This document shows, piece after piece, positions 8,987 to 18,881 of a stretch of DNA of 64,000 nt (positions are counted from its first letter, which is position 1; each line of letters starts with the position of its first letter). The DNA is from an uncultured Candidatus Saccharibacteria bacterium. GTDB taxonomy: Bacteria; Patescibacteriota; Minisyncoccia; Phycocordibacterales; Phycocordibacteraceae. Where the stretch lies: assembly GCA_964507275.1 (NCBI GenBank), contig CAZDPG010000001.1, forward strand, positions 404,577 through 468,576. The letters run 5' to 3'. Under the pieces are notes generated by a model. That model worked only from the letters and a program-made list of their open reading frames with translations. It had not been told where the DNA came from and ran no database searches. The translations under genes were made by a program, and so were the position numbers.

Positions 8987-9631
8987 ATGAACGAACTTGA
9001 ACAAGCCAAGATGATTCTCACCCAGATGGGAGCGGTCATCACCGACAGTCACGTCGTCTACCCGTCGGGCAAACATGGCTCGACGTACATCGAGAAGGAT
9101 TTGCTCTATCCCTATCCATGGAAGACAGCCCGGCTCTGCGGGATAATCGCCGATCATTTCTGCGACGATAACGTGCGCGTGGTCATCGCTCCGTCGGCCG
9201 ATGGCATCGCCCTGTCCCAATGGACGGCGCATTTCCTTTCTCTCCCAATCGGAGCCCCTGAAATACTTGCTGTGCATGCCGATGAAGTCGAGGGCGACCT
9301 CATCATCAGCCGCGTTTACGAAAGGTTCATCCGCGACAAGCGCGTCCTCGTGGTCGACCACTCCCTCACCACTGATAGCGTCGTGAAGGATACGGTGAAA
9401 GCGGCACGGACGGCTGGCGGCATCGTCGTCGGTGTTGGCGTCCTCTGCAACTGCTGTGGCGAGGCGGCGCTCGATCTCGCCAGCGTCCCGAAGATCCTCG
9501 CGGTCGTAAACACGCCATTCGACTCGTGGAGCGAGGCAGACTGCCCGCTCTGCAAGCAGGGCATGCCGATCAATACGGATGTCGGCAAGGGACGCGAGTT
9601 CCTCGACGCGAAGATGCTGTATCAGGCGTGA
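8987..9631 (+). CDS. Type I phosphoribosyltransferase, PyrE-like with a degenerate PRPP loop
   Basis: SGKHGSTYIEK; VLVVDHSLTTDSVV in place of VVDDVxTTGGS; C-terminal CPLC. Confidence 0.7.
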   Translation: MNELEQAKMILTQMGAVITDSHVVYPSGKHGSTYIEKDLLYPYPWKTARLCGIIADHFCDDNVRVVIAPSADGIALSQWTAHFLSLPIGAPEILAVHADEVEGDLIISRVYERFIRDKRVLVVDHSLTTDSVVKDTVKAARTAGGIVVGVGVLCNCCGEAALDLASVPKILAVVNTPFDSWSEADCPLCKQGMPINTDVGKGREFLDAKMLYQA

Positions 9632-9685
9632 TCTTCCGGTCCGCCTACTCAAGGCTCGTACTGTGTAGTGCGAGCCTTTCTTTAT

Positions 9686-10810
9686 TTATCGTACGCTCGT
9701 GTAGCCGCCAGGGATGCCGGAGGGCGAAAGGACGATCTGCCAGAGATGAATCTTGCGGGCGCGGAATGCTCCAGCGCAGGAGAGCAGATAGTATTTCCAC
9801 ATCCTATAAAACCTCTCTCCATACTTCTCTTTCAAGTTCGGCCACGCCGCATCGAAGTTCTTGAACCACGCCATGAGCGTTGTATCATAATCCGGACCGA
9901 AATTGTGCCAGTCCTCCATCACGAAAAGACCCTCGCTCGCTTCCCCTATCCCCTGAATCGAAGGAATCACACCACCTGGAAAGATGTATTTATTAATCCA
10001 TGGGTCGCTCGTCGTGCGCGAAATATTATCGCCGATGGTGTGCAGGAGGAAGAGTCCGTCAGGCTTCAAGCAGCGGCGTGCGACTTCGAAATAGGTGCGG
10101 TAATTCTTCACGCCTACATGCTCGAACATGCCTAGGGAAACGATATGATCGAACTCCTCACGCATTTCGCGATAATCCTGAACGCGAATGTCGATAGGAA
10201 GACCTTTGCAGCGCTCACGTGCGAGCGCTGCCTGCTCTACTGAGACGGTGATACCGACAACCGTCGCTCCGTATTTCTCTGCAGCGAACTTCGCGAAACT
10301 CCCCCACCCGCACCCGATGTCCAATATCCTATCTCCCGACTTCAGTCCTATCTTCCGGCACACTAAATCAAGCTTCGCCTCCTGCGCTTCATCAAGCGTC
10401 GTTGCATCCTTCCAGTACCCGCACGTGTAGACCATTCGTTTGTCCAGCATCGCCTCGTATAGATCGTTCCCGAGATCGTAATGTGCCTCGCCCACGACGA
10501 ACGCGCGGGCACTCGATTGCAGATTGAATAGAAATGCCTTAGCGATAGCGAAGACGGATGCAACATTGAATTTAATCTCCTCTTCCAAACGCGCCGAGAG
10601 CACGTTATGGATGAACGCATCGATATGCTTTGCATCCCACCAGCCGTCCATGTATGCCTCGCCGAGACCGAGCGTTCCGAAGCGGATAACGCGATTGAAG
10701 AGCCGCCCGTCGTGGACGGTAATATCCTGCGGACGATTTCCCCCGATGGTTACATCGACTGTCTTGAGAAGATCCTCGACGAAGGCGCGGGCAGAAGCCA
10801 TACGCCGCAC
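9686..10810 (-). CDS. cfa: Cyclopropane-fatty-acyl-phospholipid synthase
   Basis: GLGEAYMDGWW, HYDLGNDLY, LDIGCGWG, SLGMFEHVG, YIFPGG, RMWKYYL. Confidence 0.95.
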   Translation of the reverse strand: MRRMASARAFVEDLLKTVDVTIGGNRPQDITVHDGRLFNRVIRFGTLGLGEAYMDGWWDAKHIDAFIHNVLSARLEEEIKFNVASVFAIAKAFLFNLQSSARAFVVGEAHYDLGNDLYEAMLDKRMVYTCGYWKDATTLDEAQEAKLDLVCRKIGLKSGDRILDIGCGWGSFAKFAAEKYGATVVGITVSVEQAALARERCKGLPIDIRVQDYREMREEFDHIVSLGMFEHVGVKNYRTYFEVARRCLKPDGLFLLHTIGDNISRTTSDPWINKYIFPGGVIPSIQGIGEASEGLFVMEDWHNFGPDYDTTLMAWFKNFDAAWPNLKEKYGERFYRMWKYYLLSCAGAFRARKIHLWQIVLSPSGIPGGYTSVR

Positions 10811-10833
10811 TATACCCCGGTAATTATAAAAAG

Positions 10834-12618
10834 CTAGCGTCGTGCTTTCGCGCGATCGTTCTCCGTCAAATACTGTTTACGCAATCTCACCGACAGCGGC
10901 GTGACCTCGAGATACTCGTCTTCGTTCATGATCTCCATGCCGCGCTCGATCGAAAGGTCGAAGATCGGCACGAGTGTAAGAGCCTCGTCCATACCCGATG
11001 AGCGGACGTTCGACTGGTTCTTGCCCTTCGTGGGATTCGCAAGCATTTCCTCGCCCTTTGAAGTATTGCCGATGACCATACCCTCGTACACTTCGGTCGC
11101 TGGCTTGATGTAGAGCTGGCCTCGATCCTGCAAGTACCAGAGCGAGTAGCCGAGCGCCTTGCCGCTTGCCATCGAAATCATCGAACCGACTTGGCGGCGC
11201 TTGATCTCGCCGGCGTACGGCTTGAACTCGATGAAGCGCGAAGAGAGGATGCCCTCGCCCTTGGTGTCGACGACGAAGATGTTCTTGTAGCCAAGGAGTC
11301 CGCGGGTTGGCCCGAGCATCGTGAGGCGCACGAGGTTCTCGTGCTGGGTGAGGTTCTGGAGCACGAAAGCGCGCATGCCGAGCTTCTCAATGATAGCGCC
11401 CTGGAACTCGCTCGGCGTATCGATGATGACTTCCTCGAACGGTTCCATCTTCACGCCGTTCTCCTCGCGGATGATGACCTGCGGCTGAGAAACCTGGAGC
11501 TCATACCCCTCGCGACGCATGTTCTCAATCAAGACCGCAATGTGGAGCTCGCCACGACCGGAGACCTTGAAGGATTCTGAGCCGGAGAAGTCGACCTTGA
11601 GACCGACGTTCACCTCGAGCTCTTTCTCGAGGCGGTCGCGAATCTGGCGGCTCGTCACATACTTGCCTTCTCGCCCGGCAAAAGGAGAGTTATTCACGAG
11701 GAAGTTGAGCGAGATTGTCGGCTCATCCACCGCAATAGCCGGGAGTGGCGTTGCGTTCTCGTCAGACGTGATGGTCTCGCCGATATAGGTATCAGGGAGG
11801 CCGGCGATGAGCACAATGTCGCCTGCTTTTGCCTCAGCAGTCTCGACGCGCTCGAGACCCTTGAAGGTAAACATCTTCGTAATCTTGCCCGGGATTGTCT
11901 CGCCATTCGTTTTCTTCTCGAACACGTTCTGATTCGTACGTACCGTACCCGCGTAGATACGAGCAACGGCAAGTCGACCCAAGAAATTGTCATAAGCGAG
12001 ATTGAAAGGCTGCATCATGAGCGGTGCCTCGGCATCGGCGTGCATGTTTGCTGCCGGGACCTTCTCGAGGATCATGTCGAGGAGCGGAGTGAGATCCTTA
12101 CGCTCGTCCGAGAGATTCTTCATCGCAAGACCTTCGCGACCGATTGAATAGATTACCGGGAAATCACACTGTTCGTCAGAAGCCCCGAGTTCCATGAAAA
12201 GTTCGAGCACCTGGTCATGCGCGCGCGCAGGATCGGCTGCTGGTTTGTCGATCTTGTTCAAGACGACAATAGGCTTCAATCCGAGATCGAGCGACTTCTT
12301 GAGTACGAAACGGGTCTGCGGCATCGGACCCTCCTGAGCATCGACGACAAGGAGCACCGAGTCGATCGAGCGGAGCACGCGCTCCACCTCGCTACCGAAG
12401 TCAGCGTGGCCCGGTGTGTCGACGATGTTGATCTTGGTGCCCTTGTACTCGACGGCCGCATTCTTGGCATAGATGGTGATGCCGCGCTCGCGTTCGATAG
12501 TATTGCTGTCCATCGTGGTGCCCTCGGGTGAGGCGCCGGTCTGCTTAAGAATAGCGTCAGTCAAAGCCGTCTTCCCGTGGTCGACGTGCGCGATGATAGC
12601 GATATTGCGTATTTCCAT
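10834..12618 (-). CDS. typA: Translational GTPase TypA/BipA
   Basis: [54 protein letters not shown]. Confidence 0.97.
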   Translation of the reverse strand: MEIRNIAIIAHVDHGKTALTDAILKQTGASPEGTTMDSNTIERERGITIYAKNAAVEYKGTKINIVDTPGHADFGSEVERVLRSIDSVLLVVDAQEGPMPQTRFVLKKSLDLGLKPIVVLNKIDKPAADPARAHDQVLELFMELGASDEQCDFPVIYSIGREGLAMKNLSDERKDLTPLLDMILEKVPAANMHADAEAPLMMQPFNLAYDNFLGRLAVARIYAGTVRTNQNVFEKKTNGETIPGKITKMFTFKGLERVETAEAKAGDIVLIAGLPDTYIGETITSDENATPLPAIAVDEPTISLNFLVNNSPFAGREGKYVTSRQIRDRLEKELEVNVGLKVDFSGSESFKVSGRGELHIAVLIENMRREGYELQVSQPQVIIREENGVKMEPFEEVIIDTPSEFQGAIIEKLGMRAFVLQNLTQHENLVRLTMLGPTRGLLGYKNIFVVDTKGEGILSSRFIEFKPYAGEIKRRQVGSMISMASGKALGYSLWYLQDRGQLYIKPATEVYEGMVIGNTSKGEEMLANPTKGKNQSNVRSSGMDEALTLVPIFDLSIERGMEIMNEDEYLEVTPLSVRLRKQYLTENDRAKARR

Positions 12619-12682
12619 AAAAATAAAAAAGGCCCGTGGGCGATAGATTCACTATATAACAAATCGTTGTGGATGCAAGTCT

Positions 12683-14062
12683 TTAGAGAAAGAGGGTCGC
12701 AACCGCGGCAATGCCTGAAATTGCCATGATGACGATAGTGACCCAGCCGATGCCGGACGCAAGCGGCCCGTTCGCATGCTCACCCATAAGCCGCTTATTC
12801 CCCGAGAGCCGGACGACGAAATACAGTATGACCGGCGCGATGATCCCATTGGCGACGGCGGCATAGATAAGCGCCTTGATGGGGTCGAGGTGCACGAAGT
12901 TCGCGGCAATGCCGAGAACCATGGAGATGATGATGACGCCATAAAACGCGTGCGCTTGCTTCAGTTTGCGGTAGAGACCGTACTTCCACCCGAAGCTCTC
13001 ACTAATCGCGTACGCGGTCGAGCCGGCGAATATTGGCACGGCGAGCAGTCCCGTTCCGACGATACCGAGAGCGAAGAGGAGGAACGCGAACTCGCCGAAC
13101 GGCTTCAGGGCAGATGCCGCCTGATCCGCCGTCGCAATGTCCGTGATGCCGTTCACATACAGCGTGCCGGCACAAGCGGCGAAGATGAAGAATGAAACGA
13201 TGTTGGAGAACGCCATGCCGCTCCACACGTCGATCCTCATGTTCTTGATCGCCTCCGGATTCACTTGCGCGCGCCGCGCGGCGATGGTCGTTTCGCCTCG
13301 CAAGATATCTTCCTCAACTTCTTGGGAGGTCTGCCAGAAGAAGAGATACGGTGAGATAGTTGTCCCGAGCACGGCGCAGATGAGGAATATCTGCTCTTTC
13401 GAGAACGAGAGTGAGGGGATGAGCGTGTGCCGCAGGACGTCAGCCCAGTCGAGATTCACTGAGAACGCGACGACGACATAGGAAAGAAGTACGAATGTCA
13501 GGTATTTGAGATATCTTGCGTACTGCGCGTACGACGTGAATATCTGGAGCACGAGACTCACGAGAGCGAAGAACACGACGAGCGAACCGAAACCGATACG
13601 CGGGAAGAGCAGCTGCGATGCGGCCGCCATCGCTCCCAGGTCAGCGGCGATGTTGAGCGTATTGGCGAAGAAAAGGAGCCCCGTCGCCACATAGAGCGCA
13701 CGCGGTGAGTAATGCTTGCGGATATTGGCTGCAAGCCCCTGGCCTGAGACCAGGCCGATGCGGGCACACATCTCCTGCACGGTTGCCATGAGCGGATAGG
13801 TGAACAGGGAAAGCCAAATAAGTTGCAATCCGTACTTAGCCCCCACCTGCGAATACGTCGCAATGCCGGACGGATCGTCGTCGGCAGCCCCGGTGGTGAG
13901 CCCCGGACCGAGTGTCTTCCAGTATTCCCGAGCGCGCTTCAGAGGGAATCGGGTAACGACGATTTCTTCCTCTCGTTCTATGAAAACAACACTCTCTTCC
14001 AGCACGCGCGCGGGCGCTCCCATTGCCTGTTCGAAATCCTTGCCAAGCGCATCTTTCTTCAT
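12683..14062 (-). CDS. NRAMP-family divalent metal transporter
   Basis: GPGLTTGAADDDPSGIATYSQ, GTTISPYLFFWQ; about 11 TM segments. Confidence 0.88.
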   Translation of the reverse strand: MKKDALGKDFEQAMGAPARVLEESVVFIEREEEIVVTRFPLKRAREYWKTLGPGLTTGAADDDPSGIATYSQVGAKYGLQLIWLSLFTYPLMATVQEMCARIGLVSGQGLAANIRKHYSPRALYVATGLLFFANTLNIAADLGAMAAASQLLFPRIGFGSLVVFFALVSLVLQIFTSYAQYARYLKYLTFVLLSYVVVAFSVNLDWADVLRHTLIPSLSFSKEQIFLICAVLGTTISPYLFFWQTSQEVEEDILRGETTIAARRAQVNPEAIKNMRIDVWSGMAFSNIVSFFIFAACAGTLYVNGITDIATADQAASALKPFGEFAFLLFALGIVGTGLLAVPIFAGSTAYAISESFGWKYGLYRKLKQAHAFYGVIIISMVLGIAANFVHLDPIKALIYAAVANGIIAPVILYFVVRLSGNKRLMGEHANGPLASGIGWVTIVIMAISGIAAVATLFL

Positions 14063-14140
14063 GTTGGTGCCATTATCATACCCTGTAATGCCGGCCTCAC
14101 CATTGTGGTGGCTGGATAAGGGAGTGGTTGCCGGACGTGG

Positions 14141-15607
14141 TTATTTCTCCAAATCGAGAATGTCGTCGATACGAATCTGTTCGACGAATTCCGGCACGTG
14201 CGAGACGAGAATCATCGCTCCTTCGTAGGCACTGAGAGCCTTGGCGATGATGGGTAAGTGGCGGAAGTTGATGTGATTCGTCGGTTCGTCGAGGATGAGG
14301 AGTCCGGGGCGCTCGAGCACCAACGAAGCAAAGGCGACCAGACCCTTCTGTCCTTCCGAGAGACTGCCGATCTTGGTGTAGACGACATCGCCCGTAAGCA
14401 GGAATCCGGCAGCAACCGTACGCATTCGCTTTTCATCTGGTTGCCCCATCGCGACCATGAGCGCGTCGAAGACGGTCTGGTTGAAGTCGAGCGTCGAGAA
14501 GTCTTGGCGGTAATAGCCGACCTTCACACCCTCAGTGATAGTCGCGCCCTCTGCCACCCCCTTCGCGATTGCTTCCAAGAGGGTGCTCTTACCGATGCCG
14601 TTCGGTCCGCGCAGGAGCAAGTGATTATTCTTACGGAGCGCGATGTTCGCCTTCTTCTCGACCGGTTTTCCTTTCGGCGATAGCACCGAGTATCCCGAGA
14701 GAGCGAAGACGACGCCGCTCAAGTCTTCTTGCGCGGGAATCGTGAACGGACGAATAGTCCTGTCCTCTTTGCGCACATCGACCTTCTCCTCTTCCATCTC
14801 CTCAACTTCGGTGCGCATCTTCTTGGCAACGAGACGCATCTTCCCTCCCTTCTGCGCGAAGAAGTTCGCCTTATCCTTGTTCTCCTGGATCTTCTTCTCG
14901 AGCTGAGCGTTCTTCCGATTCTCCTTGTCGATACGAATCAGGATGTCGCGCTGCACATCGTGATAGTTGCCCGGATACTGCTCTATCTTGCGAGTGAAGA
15001 CGTCGAGATAGAGGACCCCAGTGGTGAATGCGTTTAAGAACTCAGCATCGTGCGAAATGACGACACAGGTCTTGTCATAATCGACGAGGAACTGTGTGAG
15101 GTGCTCGATACCCGCCTTGTCGAGGTTGTTCGTAGGCTCATCCAAGAGCAGTAGATCGGGGTCCTGGATGAGTGCCGAGGCGAGAAGAAGACGTGCCTGC
15201 TGCCCACCCGAGAAACTCTTCACAATCCTCTCATGCAGTTTCTCGTGGTGTTTCAGATTCACCACCTCGAGCACCTCATCGATCTTCGGGTCAATATCGT
15301 ACACCTTCTTATCGAAATAGGATTGGAAGAAATCGCGGACGGTGAGCTCCATCTTCTCGCGAGGAATCACCTGCGACGCTATCGCTACCTTCATACCATG
15401 CGATGTGTGTATCTCGCCGTTCTCAGGCTTCAAGCTGCCCGTCATGAGCGAGAAGAGCGTCGACTTCCCTGCGCCGTTCTGACCCATCACGGCCATCTTC
15501 ATCCCGCGGCGCAGCGTAAAGCTCACCTCGTCGAGGATCGGCTTGTTGTGTCCGTATTCGAAGGAGACTTCTTCGAAATTAATAACGCTCTCTTCGCGTG
15601 CCATCAT
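14141..15607 (-). CDS. ABC-F family ribosome-associated ATPase
   Basis: Two ABC domains (GQNGAGKS / FSGGQ / LLLDEPTNNLD; GPNGIGKS / LSEGQK / LILDEPTNH), no TM segments. Confidence 0.92.
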   Translation of the reverse strand: MMAREESVINFEEVSFEYGHNKPILDEVSFTLRRGMKMAVMGQNGAGKSTLFSLMTGSLKPENGEIHTSHGMKVAIASQVIPREKMELTVRDFFQSYFDKKVYDIDPKIDEVLEVVNLKHHEKLHERIVKSFSGGQQARLLLASALIQDPDLLLLDEPTNNLDKAGIEHLTQFLVDYDKTCVVISHDAEFLNAFTTGVLYLDVFTRKIEQYPGNYHDVQRDILIRIDKENRKNAQLEKKIQENKDKANFFAQKGGKMRLVAKKMRTEVEEMEEEKVDVRKEDRTIRPFTIPAQEDLSGVVFALSGYSVLSPKGKPVEKKANIALRKNNHLLLRGPNGIGKSTLLEAIAKGVAEGATITEGVKVGYYRQDFSTLDFNQTVFDALMVAMGQPDEKRMRTVAAGFLLTGDVVYTKIGSLSEGQKGLVAFASLVLERPGLLILDEPTNHINFRHLPIIAKALSAYEGAMILVSHVPEFVEQIRIDDILDLEK

Positions 15608-15657
15608 TCCACCCTACCTTACTTCGCATTAAAATGGAAAGGCTGTATAGTGCCCGT

Positions 15658-16407
15658 ATGCCAAAGACGCCTCCCGAAGCTAAAGACGGATACCCAATGC
15701 GCATCAACAAATACCTCGCCCATGAGGGTATCGCGACGCGCCGGGCAGCTGACGAGCTCATCGCCAAGAAGCGCGTGCTCATAAACGGCAAGGTTGCCGT
15801 CCTCGGCGGCAAGGTGATGGAGAGCGACCGAGTCGAGCTCGTCGGCACGATGACGCCGAAGAAGTTCCTCTACTTCGCGTACAACAAGCCAATCGGCGTC
15901 ATCACCCACTCGCCGCAGATGGGCGAGAAAGATATCAAGCAGAGCGTTGCGGGAGCGAAGAGGAAAAACAGTGAGATGTCAGACGTCTTCCCCGTCGGCC
16001 GCCTCGACAAGGACTCGAGCGGACTCATCATTCTCACCAACGATGGTCGCGTGACCGACCGCCTCCTCAATCCTGACTATGATCACGACAAAGAATACCG
16101 CGTACGTACCCTCGAACCTTTGCGCGAGAGTTTCAAGAAAGCGATGGAAGGCGGCGTGAACATCGAAGGCTACCTGACCGCGCCGTGCTCGGTGCGCAAG
16201 ACTGGCCCGAAGAGTTTCAATATCACCCTCACTGAGGGCAAGAAGCACCAGATCCGCCGCATGGTTGCCGCGCTCCATAACCAAGTCGTTGATCTCGAGC
16301 GCGTACGCATTCTTAATATCCGGCTCGAGGACCTCGCCCCGAACGCCACGCGCCCTATCACGGGCGACGAGCTCACGACATTCCTCTCGACTATCGGGAT
16401 GAAATAA
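15658..16407 (+). CDS. rRNA pseudouridine synthase (RsuA/RluB/RluF family, S4 domain)
   Basis: MRINKYLA..SRR-like S4 domain, YNKPIG, VGRLDKDSSGL, EGKKHQIRRM. Confidence 0.93.
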   Translation: MPKTPPEAKDGYPMRINKYLAHEGIATRRAADELIAKKRVLINGKVAVLGGKVMESDRVELVGTMTPKKFLYFAYNKPIGVITHSPQMGEKDIKQSVAGAKRKNSEMSDVFPVGRLDKDSSGLIILTNDGRVTDRLLNPDYDHDKEYRVRTLEPLRESFKKAMEGGVNIEGYLTAPCSVRKTGPKSFNITLTEGKKHQIRRMVAALHNQVVDLERVRILNIRLEDLAPNATRPITGDELTTFLSTIGMK

Positions 16408-17337
16408 TTAGATTTCGTAACCGAAATCACGAACCAATTCTTCAAAAGTCATCAGTTTCCTCCTATCAACCTTTGACTGCGCTCTCTGGATATTAGCATC
16501 GAAGTGGGTGAAGAGTCTCCGAATGGAGCGCTCCATGTCCTCAGGAAGACCTTCCAACTCTTTGTCGAGCGATGCTTCGCGGCCCTGCGCGAACGCAATC
16601 TGATTCGCTGTCCAATCGAGCATTCTCTTTGTGAGCGCCTCTTTCTGCTCATCAGAGAGCGTCTGCGGCGACTGGAGCGCTTCAAGCACGTCGATATTTT
16701 CTTCGCGGAAAATCGCGTTCCCGTCATGCACGAAAGAATCCGGTTCTTCCATGCCCGCCGTCCCGAGATCAGCGAGTGCAAGTGCTCGTGTCACGAGTTC
16801 CGATGTTCTCGTCATGAGTCGCTCCTGCACCGTCGCGGCATCGATACTCTCAATCAGGTTCGGCTGCGTGGCCGTCTTCTTTTCCATATCGAAGCCAGGA
16901 ATCGTCGCCTGAATGGCTTCGCGCACCGTCTCCATATCTTCCTCATCGAAAATCGAAGGATAGGTGCGCATAAACGCAACCGCTTCGTCAGCACTCGCGT
17001 CCTCGTTCTTCTCGATAAACCGAACCCGCTTTTTCACGCCGCTGTTCGCATCCACGGTTATCTCGTATTCCTGGACGGTGTCGTGACTCGCCGCGACGAA
17101 TTCCCCAAGCCGGACGAGGCGCTCGCTCGCCCCCACCGCTTCAAGGATCTTTTTTGTCCGCTCGATGACGCCCCTGGTGTGTTGGGTATTGTGAAAGGCG
17201 AGATTATCAAACGGATTGTCCGAGTACTCAAACCGCTGACTGATAATCGTAAGCGCCTTGATAATACCGTCCTCAATAGCCTTCTCAAACGTGACGCGGT
17301 GCGCTTCTGGTGCCCCGCCAACATGTAGCCATTCCAT
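16408..17337 (-). CDS. HD-superfamily metal-dependent hydrolase-like protein
   Basis: FHNTQHT, ASHD and ALADLG spacing typical of HD/PDEase folds. Confidence 0.6.
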   Translation of the reverse strand: MEWLHVGGAPEAHRVTFEKAIEDGIIKALTIISQRFEYSDNPFDNLAFHNTQHTRGVIERTKKILEAVGASERLVRLGEFVAASHDTVQEYEITVDANSGVKKRVRFIEKNEDASADEAVAFMRTYPSIFDEEDMETVREAIQATIPGFDMEKKTATQPNLIESIDAATVQERLMTRTSELVTRALALADLGTAGMEEPDSFVHDGNAIFREENIDVLEALQSPQTLSDEQKEALTKRMLDWTANQIAFAQGREASLDKELEGLPEDMERSIRRLFTHFDANIQRAQSKVDRRKLMTFEELVRDFGYEI

Positions 17338-17365
17338 ATCTGATTAGTATATCAGGATACCAGTC

Positions 17366-18109
17366 TCACCCCATCCGCAATACCATCACCCCATCATGAC
17401 CATAGGGGTCATTCCAGAATTCCCAGTTCCAGTCAGTATCAGCGAGCATTTTCTTGAGTTCCTCGGCTTGCGTCATATCGCACTCGACGTAGAGCACACC
17501 ACGCTCGGTGAGATACTTCTTCCCTTCCCGTATGAGTTCGCGATGATGACCATAGCCATCGCTTGAGCCGAAGAAAGCGATGTGCGGTTCATACTTCATC
17601 TCAGGATCCATGTCTGCTTCGCCCGCGGGATCGACATACGGCGGATTCGCACAGATGATGTCGAACGTGCCGGTGATCTTCTCCAGACTGTCGCCGACGA
17701 TAAGCGTCGCACGTGAGGCGTCGATGCCATTGCGCTCCAGCGACTTCGCGATTTGTGGCATGAGGTTTGCATCGATTTCATTGAACGTCACGTGTGATTC
17801 AGGCAAGTACTTCAGGAGCGCAATGCCGATGTTACCCGCACCCGCGTACGCATCGAGTGCCGTAATCGACCCTTTATCTTTCCATTCTTCTATTACTCTC
17901 TTCGTCCAAAAGGCCGTCTCGTCGCGCGGGACCATCGGCTTGTAGGAGAGGTCAATGCGACAATCGAGGAAGTCGGCATAACCGAGTATATATTCAAATG
18001 GCTCATGTGCATCGATGCGCGCGCAATCAGCGCAGTAAGCATCGTTCTCGACTCCTCCGTATTTCTCTCTTAGCACCTTCTGCTTCGCTGCTTCGTCTGA
18101 CAGATACAT
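17366..18109 (-). CDS. prmC: Release factor glutamine methyltransferase PrmC/HemK
   Basis: EPFEYILG, PRDET, DAYAGAGNIG, ANPPY, YEPHIA. Confidence 0.85.
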   Translation of the reverse strand: MYLSDEAAKQKVLREKYGGVENDAYCADCARIDAHEPFEYILGYADFLDCRIDLSYKPMVPRDETAFWTKRVIEEWKDKGSITALDAYAGAGNIGIALLKYLPESHVTFNEIDANLMPQIAKSLERNGIDASRATLIVGDSLEKITGTFDIICANPPYVDPAGEADMDPEMKYEPHIAFFGSSDGYGHHRELIREGKKYLTERGVLYVECDMTQAEELKKMLADTDWNWEFWNDPYGHDGVMVLRMG

Positions 18110-18111
18110 GA

Positions 18112-18705
18112 CTAGTCTTCAAGAATCTTCTGTATGAGCGCGTCTCGCTCTTTCGGCGTTGCCTTCACTGCTGAATACAGCACGACCGTTGCCTCATGGG
18201 CCGCTTCCTTTATCGCGCGCATCTGTGCGATCGTCTCTTTCTGATTCAACTTGTCGGCTTTGTTCGCGACGATGAGATACGGATGTCCCTGTTCGCGGAG
18301 CACACGTATCATCTCTTCGTCGAAAGCTGTGAGTCCTGCCTTGCTGTCGAGGATGAGCACGATCTTCGCAATCGTCGCCTCCGAGTACATGAGGTACCAC
18401 AGGATAAGCTTCTCGATACTCTCTTTCTGCTTGGGTGATGCCTCAGCATAGCCGTAGCCAGGCAGGTCGACGAAGTAGCACTTCTTCCCATTCACACCGA
18501 AGAAATTAATCTCGGTCGTCTTACCCGGCTTCTTGCCGACCTTCACCAAATCCTTGCGGTTGACGACCGAATTGACGAGGCTCGACTTGCCGACATTTGA
18601 GCGCCCGACGAAAGCGTACTCAGGTACGCCATCATAGAGGATTTCGTCCGTCCCAACGATTCCCTTCAGGAACTCTGCCGAATTAATCTTCGTAATGACT
18701 GCCAT
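18112..18705 (-). CDS. engB: Ribosome biogenesis GTPase YihA/YsxC
   Basis: GRSNVGKSSLVN, KPGKT, DLPGYGY, NKADK; start placed at MAVITK. Confidence 0.95.
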   Translation of the reverse strand: MAVITKINSAEFLKGIVGTDEILYDGVPEYAFVGRSNVGKSSLVNSVVNRKDLVKVGKKPGKTTEINFFGVNGKKCYFVDLPGYGYAEASPKQKESIEKLILWYLMYSEATIAKIVLILDSKAGLTAFDEEMIRVLREQGHPYLIVANKADKLNQKETIAQMRAIKEAAHEATVVLYSAVKATPKERDALIQKILED

Positions 18706-18746
18706 ATATCCAAACACTACCCTACTCCCTGATTTTTGCGAATTAT

Positions 18747-18774
18747 AAAAAACGGCACGCCATAATAGCGCGCC
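18747..18774 (-). terminator. Rho-independent terminator of the L1-stalk-like RNA
   Basis: Minus strand GGCGCGCTA-TTA-TGGCGTGCC-G-TTTTTT. Confidence 0.75.
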
Positions 18775-18875
18775 TCCCATATCAACGTCAGAGACCTATT
18801 TCAAGGGTGGCTCCGCATCACCTGGCGACAATGCTTCACAGCCTCAGTCCTATCCTACACAAACATCGATGTGGT
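18747..18875 (-). ncRNA. Stand-alone RNA homologous to the 23S rRNA L1 stalk (H76-H77-H78)
   Basis: Minus strand ACCACATCGATGTTTGTGTAGGATAGGACTGAGGCTGTGAAGCATTGTCGCCAGGTGATGCGGAGCCACCCTTGAAATAGGTCTCTGACGTTGATATGG. It matches conserved L1-stalk blocks (TGTGTAGGATAGG, GAGGCTnTGAAG, CGCCAG, GGAGCC..CCTTGAAATA) and all three helices can pair. Confidence 0.85.
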
Positions 18876-18881
18876 TTCGTG

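Noticed and set aside
18706-18780. N-terminal extension of engB given in the ORF track (start 18780)
   Set aside because: It overlaps the terminator and RNA stem; GTPase homology begins at MAVITK (18705).
18747-18875. Reading the L1-stalk-like segment as a 23S rRNA gene remnant or pseudogene
   Set aside because: Similarity stops at the closing helix, substitutions preserve pairing, and it has its own predicted promoter and terminator. Random decay would not give this pattern.
18706-18875. Reading it as an L1 autoregulatory leader or T-box for engB
   Set aside because: No rplK/rplA nearby, the uL1-contact helix is altered, and I see no T-box antiterminator motif. A cis effect on engB cannot be fully excluded.
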